A stretch of DNA of 60,091 bases, filler included, from Ionaspis alba (GCA_964255285.1; 10 parts of 10 records of this genome joined end to end with filler, not necessarily neighbours in it), one strand, 5' to 3'; counted from the whole stretch's first letter, positions 38,261 through 51,746 are shown. The notes: a model not told the origin generated them from the letters alone. Made by a program: numbers and translations.

Positions 38261-41200
38261 TCAGATGAAAACCGGAGAAGAATTTGAAGCAGCTCCGCTT
38301 GCTACAATCCGACCATTCCGTCGACTTCCCAGAAAATTCTCGACCATGCCTTGGCTAGTACCCAGCCGCTTATAATTGGGTGTGACTTCTGCTTCGCCTA
38401 GTTCCTCGGTCGATGGAGAGTTAGATGGTGATATTGTAGCTAAGGGGTCGTTGATATCTTGGATTTTCAGTCCTGGATGAGCAAAGACACTTGCTTGGTG
38501 CACACTAGTGTCGTTATGTCTTGAGCCCACTGTGTTACTACTCTGCATTCGACGAAGACGCGCAACACGCTCCGGACTGTTGCGCTGGCCAAGACTCGTC
38601 GAGGCTGGATTTCTTGCACTACTACCCCGAAACTCACCAGGATTTGGAGTACTGCCGTTCGATATCTCTGTCAGGACCTTGGCATCTTTGCTGTGGCCAT
38701 CCGAAGACTTCAGTGTAGCATGCGATACCTTCGAGCTCGCATCGGGTTTCAGGTACACTTTGGACGTCGAAGGTCGTTCATTCTCAGTTTCTGATGGCTT
38801 TCTTGTTCTTGAGCTAATCTGATCAGACGACGTTGACGCCTTCTCTTTCATACTGTTTGCGCCTGGAGAAGGTCGTCGCTCGATAAGAGGGAAGCGGAGA
38901 GGAAACTTCTCAATCATTTGGTGGGAGGTCTTATGTCGAAGTGGTGGTCGAGATGCAGCATTCACTTGCAAGATTGCTAAAGGTTGCTTCGATGTCAAAT
39001 TAAAGCTTTGCTTCGGCCTAACCTGATTATCTTCTCCATCGATCTGGGCGTTTTCTCTGCGATGTTTGGCTCCGATCGGCCGCTCGGACATCTCTGAATG
39101 CAGTTTATTCTGGCTTTGGTTTTCTAGCTGTGCTAGCTCCGAAGCCATCCATCCTTTCCAGTCTCCCGTCGAATCTGCAGATGTGTCCAGCTTACGAGCA
39201 GCACGTCGGGCAGCAAGCCCGTTGAAGGTCTGGGTATTAGTGTTGTGAATGTATGCTATACCTGGCTCACCGCTATTATCCGATAGCTCAAGTGATAGAG
39301 AAGTTTCAAATGGCTTTGGAGTACCGTTTGTGCCTCTCGAGTACGCACTCTCAGAAAGTGCGGACGTACTTGTCGGGACTCGAAGCTGTGGCGTCCTCGT
39401 GGGAGTCTTGGCTCCGACATCGTTTCCTGAGCTACGACTCATTTGCCTTTGGGCCTGGCCCTCGGTACTTGAACGAAGAGCACGTCGGTAGGGACTGATC
39501 CTTTTCGTTTGATAGTGTGCAGAGGCGGGAAAAAAGGCGGATTTCACTTCTCTCACAGGTTTTCTCTCGGCACGGTCGTTGCGCTCATTGCGTTCATTAC
39601 GTTCAGCAATCTGCTGATACGTGAGTCCGCCTTCGGGGAGATCCGAACATCCAGCGTCGGTTCCGGGCGTTAACGATGATGAGCGAGAGGACGTAAAGAT
39701 ATCATCCGCGCGACGGGACGGCTTCAGCGCAAAGTCGATAGACTTCGACATACGAATCGCGCGGGATTTGAGCGAAGCACTCTGAGACTGGTTGGTCAGC
39801 ATTCGTACTGTGGGTGATCGGGACTCCTGTGACTGCAATGAGGCCATGCGTATTGACATCCTCGACACCATTGCAGCCGGATCGGCCATACTGGGGTATT
39901 CATTATCGGCATCATCTTGTGGTTCGTGCTGGTTGTGCTTATCCAGCCTTTTTTGCAATGCTGAAAATATGCGCTGGCTGTCAACATGGCCACGGACTTT
40001 ACCGCTGCCAATTGCTCCTCGCAGTGGTTTTCGAAATGCTGCATAACCCTTCCGTGCAGCAGCACCAAGTAGTCCAGAAGTTGCCGACTGCTGTTGAGGG
40101 CTGCCATTCTCCTGTATGATTGAAAGTCGTTTCTTTTCCAGACGCTGCTGCTTGGTCATGGTATTGGTTGCGGTGGAATTGGTCCAGCTACTAACCCGAG
40201 ATCTCCCAAACGTCGGACTTGCTGAGGACACGCTTCTAACACTTCCGGGCTTGTACTCCTTATCGAGGTAGACTGGTAGTTTGTGAATTGATGATCCACG
40301 ATTTCTGACACGGAAGAGGAGCTCACCATCTGGTGTCGGTGTCGTAGGTCCTTCCTCATCTAACCCGGACGTTGCCGAAAGACTGCCACCAAAGTGACGG
40401 CGTTGCGCATGTATTTGCTGGCTAGGTAGTGAAGTTCCAGGGCTCGATGGGCGGAGGAAGACTTTTCTTATTTTGTCTTTGAGCGAGAATGAAAAATGTC
40501 TGGCTCTGTTACCAAAAGTGTCCGGCTTAGCGGACTCTTTGGATTGTGCCGATGCAATCGCACTTCCGTAGCTATTAGTACTACTAGTACGAACAGTCCT
40601 CTTGAAGGTCTTGGGCGCCGCCCTTTTCTTCGCGAAACTTGGTGCCGATTGCCGTTCCTTTAGCCTTTGTGCTTCCAATTGACGCAGATACTGGTCCCGA
40701 GCAAGCTGTATAGCAACATCCTGATCGTAGTCTTCCTGATATGGGCGAAATCCAGACCCGATGAACCCACGTAAGACAGAAGCGGATCTTTTGGAGCCAA
40801 CTGGTCGTTGTGGAGGCGGACCGCTACTGTCGGAGAGACGTCTATACGATTCACGATGTAGAATGTGGCTCTTCGGTGTGACGTTTTTGAAAATTGTACC
40901 CGGTGATTGTCGAGGGGTAAACATCGACTTGGCCTTTCTCAGCTTCCGATGGGACGCTGAGATGGGAGCAAAAGAGCCGACTGGTGGAAGTGCAGTCACT
41001 GGATTATCCGGAGTCGCGAACGGCGAGGTTGTATGCCTGGTTCCGCTTGACGCCTGCTGGAGATTGTTGCGGTCGTTTTGAGGACTTTTAGCCTGCCGCC
41101 TAGTGATTGATCTCCGTTGGCTGGGAGTCGCTCTTGGTCCGGTAAATCGAACGCTTTCCTTTTTCCGAAGAAGACCTGTCTGCTTACTGCTTATGTTTGT

Positions 41201-41392
41201 CGTTGCGGCCCCATCGCTCGCATCACCCTGGCTCCGAGCACGCTCAAACGCTGCCGTTGCTGCTGCAAGTGCATGCTGACGAGCGACGTCAGGGTCAACA
41301 TGGTCTGGTTCGGCCGCGGCGCCTCTTGTCCTGTCAGACACAGACGATTTGGCTCGACGAAGTTTGGTGGTGCTGGAGGCTCGTGATAGCAT
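38261..41392 (-). CDS. Large intronless Ser/Arg-rich hypothetical protein (about 1040 aa)
   Basis: 3.1-kb uninterrupted ORF with short ordered islands (AAATAAFERA, SRVSSWTNST, VDSQRIFSALQKRL, DWKGWMASEL). No domain recognised. Confidence 0.8.
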   Translation of the reverse strand: MLSRASSTTKLRRAKSSVSDRTRGAAAEPDHVDPDVARQHALAAATAAFERARSQGDASDGAATTNISSKQTGLLRKKESVRFTGPRATPSQRRSITRRQAKSPQNDRNNLQQASSGTRHTTSPFATPDNPVTALPPVGSFAPISASHRKLRKAKSMFTPRQSPGTIFKNVTPKSHILHRESYRRLSDSSGPPPQRPVGSKRSASVLRGFIGSGFRPYQEDYDQDVAIQLARDQYLRQLEAQRLKERQSAPSFAKKRAAPKTFKRTVRTSSTNSYGSAIASAQSKESAKPDTFGNRARHFSFSLKDKIRKVFLRPSSPGTSLPSQQIHAQRRHFGGSLSATSGLDEEGPTTPTPDGELLFRVRNRGSSIHKLPVYLDKEYKPGSVRSVSSASPTFGRSRVSSWTNSTATNTMTKQQRLEKKRLSIIQENGSPQQQSATSGLLGAAARKGYAAFRKPLRGAIGSGKVRGHVDSQRIFSALQKRLDKHNQHEPQDDADNEYPSMADPAAMVSRMSIRMASLQSQESRSPTVRMLTNQSQSASLKSRAIRMSKSIDFALKPSRRADDIFTSSRSSSLTPGTDAGCSDLPEGGLTYQQIAERNERNERNDRAERKPVREVKSAFFPASAHYQTKRISPYRRALRSSTEGQAQRQMSRSSGNDVGAKTPTRTPQLRVPTSTSALSESAYSRGTNGTPKPFETSLSLELSDNSGEPGIAYIHNTNTQTFNGLAARRAARKLDTSADSTGDWKGWMASELAQLENQSQNKLHSEMSERPIGAKHRRENAQIDGEDNQVRPKQSFNLTSKQPLAILQVNAASRPPLRHKTSHQMIEKFPLRFPLIERRPSPGANSMKEKASTSSDQISSRTRKPSETENERPSTSKVYLKPDASSKVSHATLKSSDGHSKDAKVLTEISNGSTPNPGEFRGSSARNPASTSLGQRNSPERVARLRRMQSSNTVGSRHNDTSVHQASVFAHPGLKIQDINDPLATISPSNSPSTEELGEAEVTPNYKRLGTSQGMVENFLGSRRNGRIVASGAASNSSPVFI

Positions 41393-42235
41393 TTTGATGT
41401 CACTCGCAAACAACGATCGTGATGAAGTGCAATCGATGTATCAAGTGTAGATACTGAGCCTGGCGAAGTATCCAAAAATTCGATACATGGTGAAGGACGG
41501 TGAGGAGACAAGCTGCCCAAATGACAGAGCCTGAAGGTGATACAACAGGAGAAGAGGAAGGGACAGAACATTGGCGAGTACATATTGGGAAAGGACAACC
41601 AGGAGTGTAAAATCTCTGCACATAGCTTTCGAGATGGGGCGGTTTTCGATAGCTGCCGCACTGTATGAGATCATGTGCTTTGGGGCAGGAAGCAATTCGG
41701 TCGCTGTCACCCAGGGGCAGCGTAATACGGATCAACGTGGGAAATGCAATATTTCAATGCCTGTGGCTATCAAATCCTCTAATCTCGTCCACGATCCATA
41801 GTCATAAGGTAATTACCAGCGATTTTTGCAAAGGCAAGTACTTTCCTCACCAAATTCGTGTGACCATTATGGATCGATAAGCATCAAAATGATAGTCCAT
41901 GAAGGATGTCATTCTTGGACTCCCCGAATCACCACCCGCGTATTGTCAAGGAGGGAAAGAGACAAGGAGGTCTGGCAAAAGTTTAACCGCCAGTAGCTTA
42001 GACCAGATAGTACTTCTCACCCTTTAGGCACTTAGAAAATCCACATCTTGCACCTCAACGCTGGCTACCTAGTTTTCTCAGTATGCGAGCCAAGCTAAGC
42101 GCCAATCCAGCCCCGGCTTAACATAGGAAAAGTGGNNNNNNNNNNNNNNNNNNNNNNNNNNNNNNNNNNNNNNNNNNNNTTAATTAATTAANNNNNNNNN
42201 NNNNNNNNNNNNNNNNNNNNNNNNNNNNNNNNNNN

Positions 42236-43091
42236 CCCTCCTCCAAGTCCCTCGGCTCTCAATGCAGCAACCCAACTTCTGCTCCTCGTCAATCCAGAGC
42301 ACCTCACCGCTGCCAATACCCGCAAACGAGTTCTGCTTACGGCCCTTCGCGCTTCTGACTCGTGTTCATCCGATACGCATGTCAATGCTTGGCGTCTTGT
42401 GAGCGATGAAATTGCCGTCTCGACAACGCTCCTGACGTCTCCCCTCCCGCGGCACGCCAAGTCACCGAACCTGTGGTCGCATAGGTATTGGCTTGCGCGT
42501 ACGCAATGGGATCTCCTTACAACCTCAAAACCGAGGAACGCGTCCTATGGCAGCTCCAAACGTGATGAGGGAGCAAACAATGAAACGCAGTTTGTGGAAG
42601 CAGAGATGGAAGTAGTTCTGAAAGCTGCAGCAAGAAAAATAGGAAACTATCATGCTTTCATGTACGCGCGGCGGATTACGGATATGGCTAGTCCTGAGGC
42701 AATCGGCCGGAAAGTGGTGGAGAGGATGAGGGAGTGGTGTTTGGGACATCCGAGAGATGTGTCTGGTTGGGGATATCTGGCGTTTCTGGTGAGTAGGAAA
42801 TCTGGTAGGGAATACGATGGGCCTGGAGGGGAAACGGTAGTACAGGAGGTGAGGAAGGCCGTGGAGGGGTTCGTAGAGAGGGTCGGATGGAAAGGGGAGA
42901 GCGTGGAAGGATTTCTGAGAGCGGTCGGGCAGGTTGAGAAGATATCAGGGCAGCTGCAACATGACCTAGAGAAGCGTGAGAAGTCAAAGATGGTTGCATG
43001 GGTCAATATAGCACGTCAGATGGTGTTGGTTGACGACAGAAAGCATTCGACCATTAGAGCCTATGAGGTCTCGAGCTTGCACAGATTCTGA
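42236..43091 (+). CDS. Protein prenyltransferase alpha-subunit repeat protein (PTAR1/Ecm9-like), 5' truncated
   Basis: LLLVNPEHLTAANTRKR, LLTSPLPRHAKSPNLWSHRYWL, NYHAF.YAR, HPRDVSGWGYL. Confidence 0.8.
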
Positions 43092-43321
43092 AGGACATTC
43101 TTTCCCCACCTACCCAATGCTTCGACCCAAACCCTTAGAGATGCCTCGTTCGCTAGCCTTCCCATACCATTATCATTCGCATTACTCCAATGTGCATCCT
43201 GCGTCGGGACAACTCCCATATTCCTGAAACCTTGGTCGAGATCCAATTATAAAAAGAAACAAACATCCATGCCAGAAATTGCCGCCAGCGGCGGGGGAGA
43301 AAGAGACACATATTATAGACA

Positions 43322-46300
43322 TCAGGGTGGAGATTGAGCTAGGCCGTTCATCCTCCCGCTAGGACCAAGCATGCTGGGTATAGGCTTCCTCCTTGCTTTC
43401 GCAGTGTTGATTCGTGGGACTCCTTGGATGACCCGCGGTTCTTTCATTAGTGTTGGATCGAGTTTTGCGGGTACTGCGTCTGCCGTTAGTTCATGGTTTC
43501 TTGTACCGAAAGAGACGAGGTGAAAAACATACTCCTTGTGATGATAGATCTGTAATCACCAGGAAACCTACTACTAGGAGGATTTGCGGCAGCAGATCTC
43601 CAAAGATGATCTGAGGTGTCGGATAGAAATGACGTGGTTGACTTGCTGAAAAACGATGTTCGTCCTCGGTTCTTCTTCGACAGGATAATCTGATCGAAAA
43701 GAAGGATCGATGGATCATTTGCTGATTTGGTTTCCCGCTCGTGAATAAACTCATTGAACCCTACAGATTTATTAGCATTTAATTCAACCTAGTATGTCAG
43801 AGTAACAAGAAAGAAACTGACCTTGTGTCTGCTGCAACATAGCAACATACTCTGCGTTCTCATGCGGCAAGCTCTTCATAAATCCTCCCACGTTGAATTT
43901 ATAGAGCATCCCTGCCTTCTTTTGGTCTCCTGCCGCTGGCTGCAAGAATTTCCGGTACGTGTAGAACAAACTGGCGAAGCATCGCACAAAGGCAGCTCGT
44001 ATTTGTTCTGGATGAAACGCCGAGGAACAGACGAGGACGATTTGCTGGACACAACGTCCATGTGCATGGATCCCACAGCCTGTACACCGGTAGATGCCTT
44101 CGTCTGCCTTTTCGTTGCACAAAGAGCAAGTGGCTTTCTCCTCATACGGGCGGTATTGTAGACAGTGTCCTTCAACCCAGTGTGTAGTTTCGGTATTGCG
44201 TACAGGTTGCATCAGAACGCCAGGCATGACAGTTGAGGCAGCGAGGGTCGACTGTGCGTAGCTAGATGGTGCATAATTCGAAGCACGACCATCCGTGAAG
44301 ATCGTGTTTGTCGAAAGGCTCGATGAGTGTCCACCAAACGGAGCATTGGGACGTCTAATAGTCGGCTTGCGATCAAAGCCAAATGACGAGCTTCGTTTGG
44401 AGGTATTATCAAAATGGCCGGACCTCTTTTCTCGAAGTGAAGCCTGTAGAGCAAAGCCAGAGTCGTTCCTGGAGATAGGAGTCGAAGGTGGTTGAGGAAA
44501 GGTCCCTGAGACAGGGGACAGTGAGGGAGGGCTGTGTCTATTCGTAGAGCTAGTCGTAGGGCGATCATGGCTTTTCGGATTATCCTTGGCCTGGGCAAAG
44601 GCATTGAAGACAGGCGCTCGAGGCGCGAATGTTGATTCGTTGTCTCCGAAAGATGCAGAATTAAGGCTGGCATATTTGGCCAAAGACGTTTGCGGAGCAT
44701 TACTACTGAAAATGGAAGGGTTTTCGGACGAAAAAGAATCGAAGGGGAAGGTCTCCACGGCATAGGCTGGCGGTCCAGGTAGAACACCATACCGATTGTG
44801 GTGAGGGGCGGCTAGCTGTAGCAAAGACATCAGCTTTCGTCTCTGCTGCCGTGGTAGTGGAGTTGGTAAAGTCGTGCTCTCTATTTCATCCTGGTCCAAG
44901 TCCACGAGCACAAAGTCGTCTTCCGGCAGCTCGATCTTCTCATACCGTCGCTCAATTCCAACAATGTACGGGCAGGGTGCTTCTATGGCCTGTACGAGCC
45001 GAGCAGGGAGAACAGGGATGAAGACGCCACACCAACTTAGTGGATATAGCAGTTCGACGAGCGCTTTGCTCGCTAGATGGAGCATTGAGGTATATGAGGA
45101 TAGGAGAATGATACGAGATTCGGAAAGAAGGAACTAAGGTCTGTTAGTAGGGAGAATAGGCTTCATAGAGAATTGATATTACCTCAAACAGAACCACGAT
45201 GTTGGGTATCGACAAAGCACGGAACAAGGCATACAAATCAGTCTAAGGTTTGGTTAGCCATCCGAGTCGAAAAAAGATCAGCGCTTTCATACATTTCTGG
45301 AGCCTGGCAACTCATTGATGGCTTCCTTTCTAGCAAACAGGCGCAGCTCTCTGATGGCTATCTCGACCTGGGTCTTGGATGATATCGGGCTCAATGCTTC
45401 GGTGCATAGGTTGACCACGTATCTTTCCAAAGGCTGCCACATCCCAATCCGAGGCGAGCTTGGGGGTACTTGCAGAATTGCGCCATCTGTCATGGGCACC
45501 ACGATGGCCTTCAACCACTCTTTCCAAAAAGTGGTGAGAGAGGCATCTCGCCCGAGAATACCATAGCATCTTGGAGACCAGAAGCCCGTATCTCCATCCG
45601 TCAACCCATCGATCTTGCTGGCCGCTCCATGTCGTACTGGTCGGAGCAAGTCTGTCATCAGACCAATCTTTTCTTCCACAGCACTAATTTCGTCTTCCAA
45701 GGCGTCCCTTGCCGCTGAGCCAGAGGCAACGGTTGGCAGTCGGGCTAACAGTCTTGAGAGCTTGGCACGCTCAATAGCCAGCCTCTCACCAAGACTACTC
45801 GCAAGCTCTCGCTCTTCATCCGTCATGTTATTCCGCCTCCAATCCTCGCATCTCCGCTCCAGCTCTTCCGATGCACGTTCATTGAGTGGCATCCAGACAA
45901 TGATGCAGACCCCGTACATCTTTGAATTGTCCCCGGAAGTCATTGCAAACCCGTGCCACGTACACCGAGGTCGCTCGTCCGCGGAAACCACATTGACGTC
46001 GTTCGGGAATGCGAACATAGGTACGTAATCAGGGAAGGCTCCTCGTCGTCGTGTCTCATCTACCATACTTTTCGGCGGGTATCTATCCAATAAGACAGGC
46101 TCAAATCTTTTTTTCAACGGATGCATGTTGGCTTCTAAATTGAGCGGTTGCGGGCTGGGAATGACAGAATTGTAATTGCTCAGACGTCTCGAGGTTCTGA
46201 CAGAAGCTGCAGGGAAAGGTCAATTACTTGAATCGGATGACTTTCCTCGTGGGCAAGGAGATCACTATCGCCTACCTTGTCTTGCTATAGATGGCTGTCT

Positions 46301-46933
46301 TTTCATACTACTCATATCCCGGAATGAGATCTTCCGTCTTATACTTCCAACTCCGGACTTAAGTAGTGCTGCATCTTCTCCAATCTTCTGAGTTTTCGGT
46401 CGAGGTTTGGGCCGATTGGGAACAACGGCTCCAGCACTTGTGCTTAGGTCTGTGAGAAAGGAGTCTCTCTCAGTGGCAAATTTCCGTAAGGCCCTATCGA
46501 AGTCGACATCGTTGAGTGGTCCTGATCCGTTGATCTGGATGCCCTTGATCGTAGTACTGCTTCTGTTGCTATCGGTCCCATTCTTATCAGGAGTGATCTT
46601 GATCGACTGGATCGATAATCGTGCATCGTCGGAAAGTCGCGATAGGCGATGATAAGAGTTGTGTTTGGCATGCCGTGGTGTAGGCGGTGAAGATGTCGTG
46701 ATGCCCGTAGCAGCTTCTGCCTGTTCATCTTCTTCGATAGTTGGTTCCACTGGTGTCTGAGGAAGTGGTTTCCCGTTGGTATCTTCTGCTTCGGCCCATC
46801 TAAGTTGATCGCTGTCGACGCCTGCAAGTTTGTCAGCTGAGGTCGTACAAGGGGTAGATCTCTTCCTACCTGCGATGAAAAACCAATCGGCCAGAGGTGC
46901 AGAGGTCGTTTCCAAGGGTGGCATGGGTGCCAT
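43322..46933 (-). CDS. DENN-domain Rab GEF with C1-type zinc finger
   Basis: uDENN (PLADWFFIAG, LLDRYP, VPMFAFP), DENN (FIPVLPARL..IEAPCPYIVG), C1 finger (GH...CSLC...C.GC...H..C......C) and dDENN (FVRCFASLFYTYR). Ends ...AQSPP*. Confidence 0.9.
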
Positions 46934-48222
46934 CGAGGATTCGCTAGCGATAGGTAAGGACTGTAGGAAGCTAATTCCAGCGACTGTGCTCCAAAAGCAT
47001 CACAATCTTGTCACTTCTGGCTCATGTCGTAGGAAGCTATAGATCTCGCCCTCCAATATAAGTATGAGCGAGAGCGAGAGCGTGATCGTTGGACAGGCAA
47101 AATGTAAGGCACAGTTTCCAAAAATTATTCTTTGCTGCAGGTCGGACTATAGGCGAGATAAAGCTCCACGAACGGCACAAGCAAAGGCGCAAAAAGGACT
47201 CGCATCTGCAGACATGCAGGTCCTCCCCTCTTTTCAGTGGCCGATCATTCGTTGCGACGTTTGGGCGACGGCAGATCTTATCCTCTGGTGAACCTTTTAA
47301 TGCGGCGGCTATCTCGAGTAGGTGGGGTGGGTTGGAGGTGGTCAGCATCTAATTCTCCTACGCCCGTGGTTCGTTGCCAACCAAGCAGACGAGTACCCCC
47401 GTTGGATTAAGGGGCACCCGCCAGCAAAGCACATCATGGGGAAGCTAAGAAAGGTGTAAAGATAAAAGTACGGGATGAAAAAGGGTCGACGACCATTGAA
47501 TTCACGAATATCAAGCCTTTACGCATCCAGTCACGTCGAAGCGTAAATGTTCGTCTCGCTCTCCTGCCGTCTACAAGGTTGTTGCTGGCAGCGCGAAGTC
47601 GATTAGACTGACCAGGCCACTGCAAGTGTGAACCTTGAAGCCGGTCAAAATCTTGCCACTATATTTTCACCCGTCCACGGAGCCAAGCTCCGAGTGCACT
47701 AACTCCAACTATTTATTGCGCTCAGGGGGGAAATCAGCCCAACCGAGTTGGCCTCTTCCAGGAGACCTCCAATAAAACGACGATCTGGTCCACAGGACAA
47801 CACAACGGCACAACGGCTAATCACCGCACTAAACCCCCATTTTCATGCATGCTGTGGTGATATGAGGTGTTTTATCACATGTGACAAGAGCAATTGTCTG
47901 GCCACCAAAGCGTGCGTGTGCGTGGCCGTGCTGAATCACGAAACAGAAACAAAAGAAATCGTATTTCCGCCGCGTCAATGTGTGCAAGGGTCTCGCGTTC
48001 AGATTCTAGGATTTTCTGATCATGATCTGCAGGCGGGTTCGAGGATATAAATCATCCTAGTGAGTAGCAGATTCCGAAATAAACTTTCAACTAGATCTCT
48101 GCAAGCAGTAGGTAGATCTTTGNNNNNNNNNNNNNNNNNNNNNNNNNNNNNNNNNNNNNNNNNNNNTTAATTAATTAANNNNNNNNNNNNNNNNNNNNNN
48201 NNNNNNNNNNNNNNNNNNNNNN

Positions 48223-48391
48223 AACGCATCTGGCGATTCTTTAAGTTACATACCAAGCCTTGCCTCCGTAACTCAAGCGTCGTCTTCCGCACCTTATAGA
48301 GCTTGAACAGAAAGACCACTACGCAGGCAAGCAAGAGCGCTTGCAGGCCGTAGAGTATGGACGCAAAGCGTTGTCCAGAGATAGGGCCCAT
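48223..48391 (-). CDS. Probable cytochrome P450, first exon only
   Basis: Membrane anchor followed by KLYKVR...LRRQGL and a GTATGT donor, a typical fungal P450 start. The rest is lost at the linker. Confidence 0.45.
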
Positions 48392-49618
48392 ATCGTAGAG
48401 ACGGAACCCCTTCGTCGGATATCTCAAGTAGGAGTATAGTGCAGCGATTTCCAGGCTTTAAGAAAGCCAAGTTGGTTCCATCTCAAGTCTCCGCGCCGCA
48501 TAGGCAAAGAAACCCTTATTTACCAAAGGAGTAAGTGATAAAGGATTGTCGGATATCCTTAAGATGCATGAATTGTTTCGATAGAACGTGTGTCGTTGCC
48601 TAAGATAATTATCAAAGGGAAAGGCAGAGCTGAAAATGCCGTTGTCCGCGCTCCAGGCCGTCAAGAAAATGACAACTTCGATTTACTACAGCAGCTGAGA
48701 CAGCGCCATGCAGCGGATTCTTTACCAACAATAGCGCCATATTTAGCACGCGGTAGCACTGCGTTAAGACGCGGTGCGCCGGTGCATTGTCATAGACTTT
48801 GACATTGTGTGCCCCTCCAGATAGATGAATAAGGCAATTGTCCGTAACACTACCAAGGCTTCTATTCCTTGTTTTTATAACATGGCCATATCTAATAGGG
48901 AAGACAGAATTGAAGCCAGAGACCAGCAAGCTTGGTTCGGGAGTGCTTAGCTTGTTGTATTCCAAAGCTGATTTACAACTAGATGGTCTAAGCGAGAGAG
49001 TGTTGTACCAAGCCACTAGTGCAATCAGGTGATCCCCCGAGCTCACTAGCTCCTACAGTAGTGCACTGCCGCTGCACATTTACCATCACTCCTAACAGAC
49101 CTAGCATACTCTCGGCACACGCCCCTGTGTTTGAATTCACCATAGCATGTCCATGGCGGCCTTTGGGTATCTCTCCGCTAAGGTCTGTCCTAATTGTGCA
49201 GTGGCAACCAAACTTATCCGCCAGCGCTGGGCGGTTAACGTGGCTTGACGTTGAGAAGTTTCGAAAGCACTACAATGCTATTGACTATCACATCGTGAAT
49301 ATAGGATTCGTCTGAACCCATCAGAGTCCAAGTTTTAGGTTGTTCTCGCCTCCCGAACACAACCACAATATTAGCTCTTTCAGCAGTCCATCGTCAAGAC
49401 CACTCGAACATTGTGTGTACATCAAACCTTCTCCACTACGAGTTCTGTCCTCTCAATTCTCGACACATTACAAATACAGCCGGATTAGAGGAAGCGCTTG
49501 AGCCAAACTGAGCATGAGAATTCTCATGTCCATCAGCGAATCCATTATCTCCTATCTCCTGATAAAGCTCGTTTGACTATACTTCTCCCGTTTAGCCATG
49601 ATAAAAAGCCGGTTCGGC

Positions 49619-51221
49619 TCAAGCAGAAACCAAACCCTGCTCAGCCCTTGCCTTCTTCTCAATCACTTCCACTGCCACGGCTTTACCATCAGACTTTTGA
49701 CAAATCTCTCCTAACGCATTCGCCTTTTCTCTAATTGTCTTGCCCTCCGCGTTCTCCTGTGCACATCGCCATGCCTACATCCTGGGCATCTACATGTGGT
49801 GCAACGCCACGATTTGCGTAAATGCCGATGCTAAGATGCTCCGCGGAAACAGCGATGTTGTAAGTATCGAACCAGAGAGGAAGGATGACTTGCGGGACTC
49901 CGAATCTATTGGTATATCGAGTCATTAACCAATTGCTGGGGAGAACAGGCGAGTTGGATGGGTACGGCTTGAAAGGGAACTCTCACTTCACGGCCTCAAA
50001 ATACGAGTTTGCGCCACCATGGTGTACAGGACAGACGACATGTCCGCTTTCCAGAATGGCAGCTGGGTCAGGATTCCGCCAATCTTCGATACGGACCCGG
50101 CCATTCCCGACGTCCTCAGTCAAAGTTTCTGCGATTGATGCATCCAGTGTGTCTCCATCCTCAGCCAGCTTCCACAAAACCTGCAAGCTCTTGTGTAGGT
50201 CTAGTACGATGCGTAATCCCTGGGCCAGGCTGAGTGCATCTTTGGCCTGTGGCGCGACATGCGACCCAAGGTTCACGAGGATAGCGGGAGCGCGCTGTAG
50301 CCAAGCTACAAGGTCAGCATCTGCCTGCCACAGCGATTGCGAGATCAGAACAATCGGTCCGCAGCAGGTCACGTTCTCAGGAACATATTCGACTAGATAC
50401 TCGGTGTGACGACTTCCAGGGCTAAGGTAGTGTGCTCTCTTCGGGTACACCTCTACGCCTGGTAAGATTCCAATCATCCCGGCTCGCTTGCGTGCCTTAT
50501 CAATCTTACGAAAACGTGGGGAGAGTTTGATGTGAATGAAGACGCGAAGTATGATATAGATGTTGGCGAGAATGAGATAAGGTGGAACCGGGAATCGATA
50601 CCCCGAAGACATGCTGTGATGTGCCAGAAGGTATGTTACATTGCAGATACTACCAACTGTGTGTGGACAACTTTACGCGTGATACTTCCACAGGACAGCC
50701 AGTCTCGGTTGCTGTGCAGCCAGAAATTCTTTCAAGAGTATGGGAGTTAGGGCGATAATTCCCTTTGCCAGTGCTCTGCATGTATCTATGGCTGGCGCAG
50801 ATGTGGGATCACCTACAACGACCAAGGGCTGAACACTTTCTAATAGCTTCACATAATGGAGATAGAGCTACGTGTAAAGTCCATCGCCGCAGTACTCCAT
50901 CAAATTTGTCGCTAGCCTAAAGCTTGTAATAGTACCTCGGACGCCCGGTGCGTGAGTTAGCTTGCGCGTGGGATTATGTTTCTTGTAAGTATCAAGCATC
51001 GAATCGCCAGGAACCAGATGAAAAACAACTTTCCGACTTGCAGAGGATGACGCGGATGATTGTTCAACGAGAGCCGCGCGAGATTGAAGATCAGCATAAG
51101 ATGCGTTGTAGACGTCAAACTTCTCGTGACACAAGATTTCATTGAGAACAGCGAGCACAACATTGGCTTGACCATGTTCGCTGCTGGTAATAAAGAGAAT
51201 GGGTCTCTTCGGTGCAGACAT
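49619..51221 (-). pseudogene. Family-1 UDP-glycosyltransferase pseudogene
   Basis: ILFITSSEHGQANV, LVNLGSH, VHHGGANSYFEA, GVPQVILPLWFD. In-frame TAG at 50870-50868 with homologous-looking sequence continuing, and a frameshift near 49760 before IREKANALGEIC. Confidence 0.82.
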
Positions 51222-51580
51222 TTTGTTTCTTGCATAAGGAATTGATGACATCCAAAGACGTAGTTGAGCTTGCGGCAAAGAACACTGAGCCTCAAACGCA
51301 ATAGGTCGAAAGGTATTCAGTATTGATACTAGATGTTGCAACAAAAACACCGTAGAGCTAGACACTTCGCAGCCAATGACAATGTATAGAAAATCTCGAT
51401 GCAAGGAAGTGGCACGTCTACATGTGCCTCGTAGAATAGCGTGTGCATGAGCCAGCGTGGCGTATATGCATTCATGTGGTTCAGATGTGTTTGACTTACT
51501 TCAGTCAATTTCACTTCCGTGAGCAGAGATCGCCTTGCAGATATGCTATGGAACGACAGCAATGTCGAGCACACCAGATA

Positions 51581-51746
51581 TATTAGGTCAGGGACTCAGG
51601 CATATGAGGGCCAAGGGACTAAAGCTACGCTAGTGCACGTGACTAGCGCATGTATATAGTACCTTTTTAGCCTTCAATCAAGCCTCAGGGTTACACACTA
51701 CAAGAGACCAACCCGCTATGGATGGTTGCGTAGTCGTGACTCAACA
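51581..51746 (-). mobile_element. Solo LTR (166 bp), second copy of the same family
   Basis: Reverse complement of 37035-37200 with about 20 differences; TGTT...AATA termini; TSD TATGT/TATCT (4 of 5 match). Confidence 0.85.

Noticed and set aside
50868..50870. UGT in-frame TAG as a readthrough or A-to-I-corrected stop
   Set aside because: A second lesion (frameshift near 49760) makes plain pseudogenisation more parsimonious.
37035..51746. Apparent 14.7-kb transposon bounded by 166-bp inverted repeats
   Set aside because: The copies lie on different concatenated contigs and each has its own TSD; they are independent solo LTRs.
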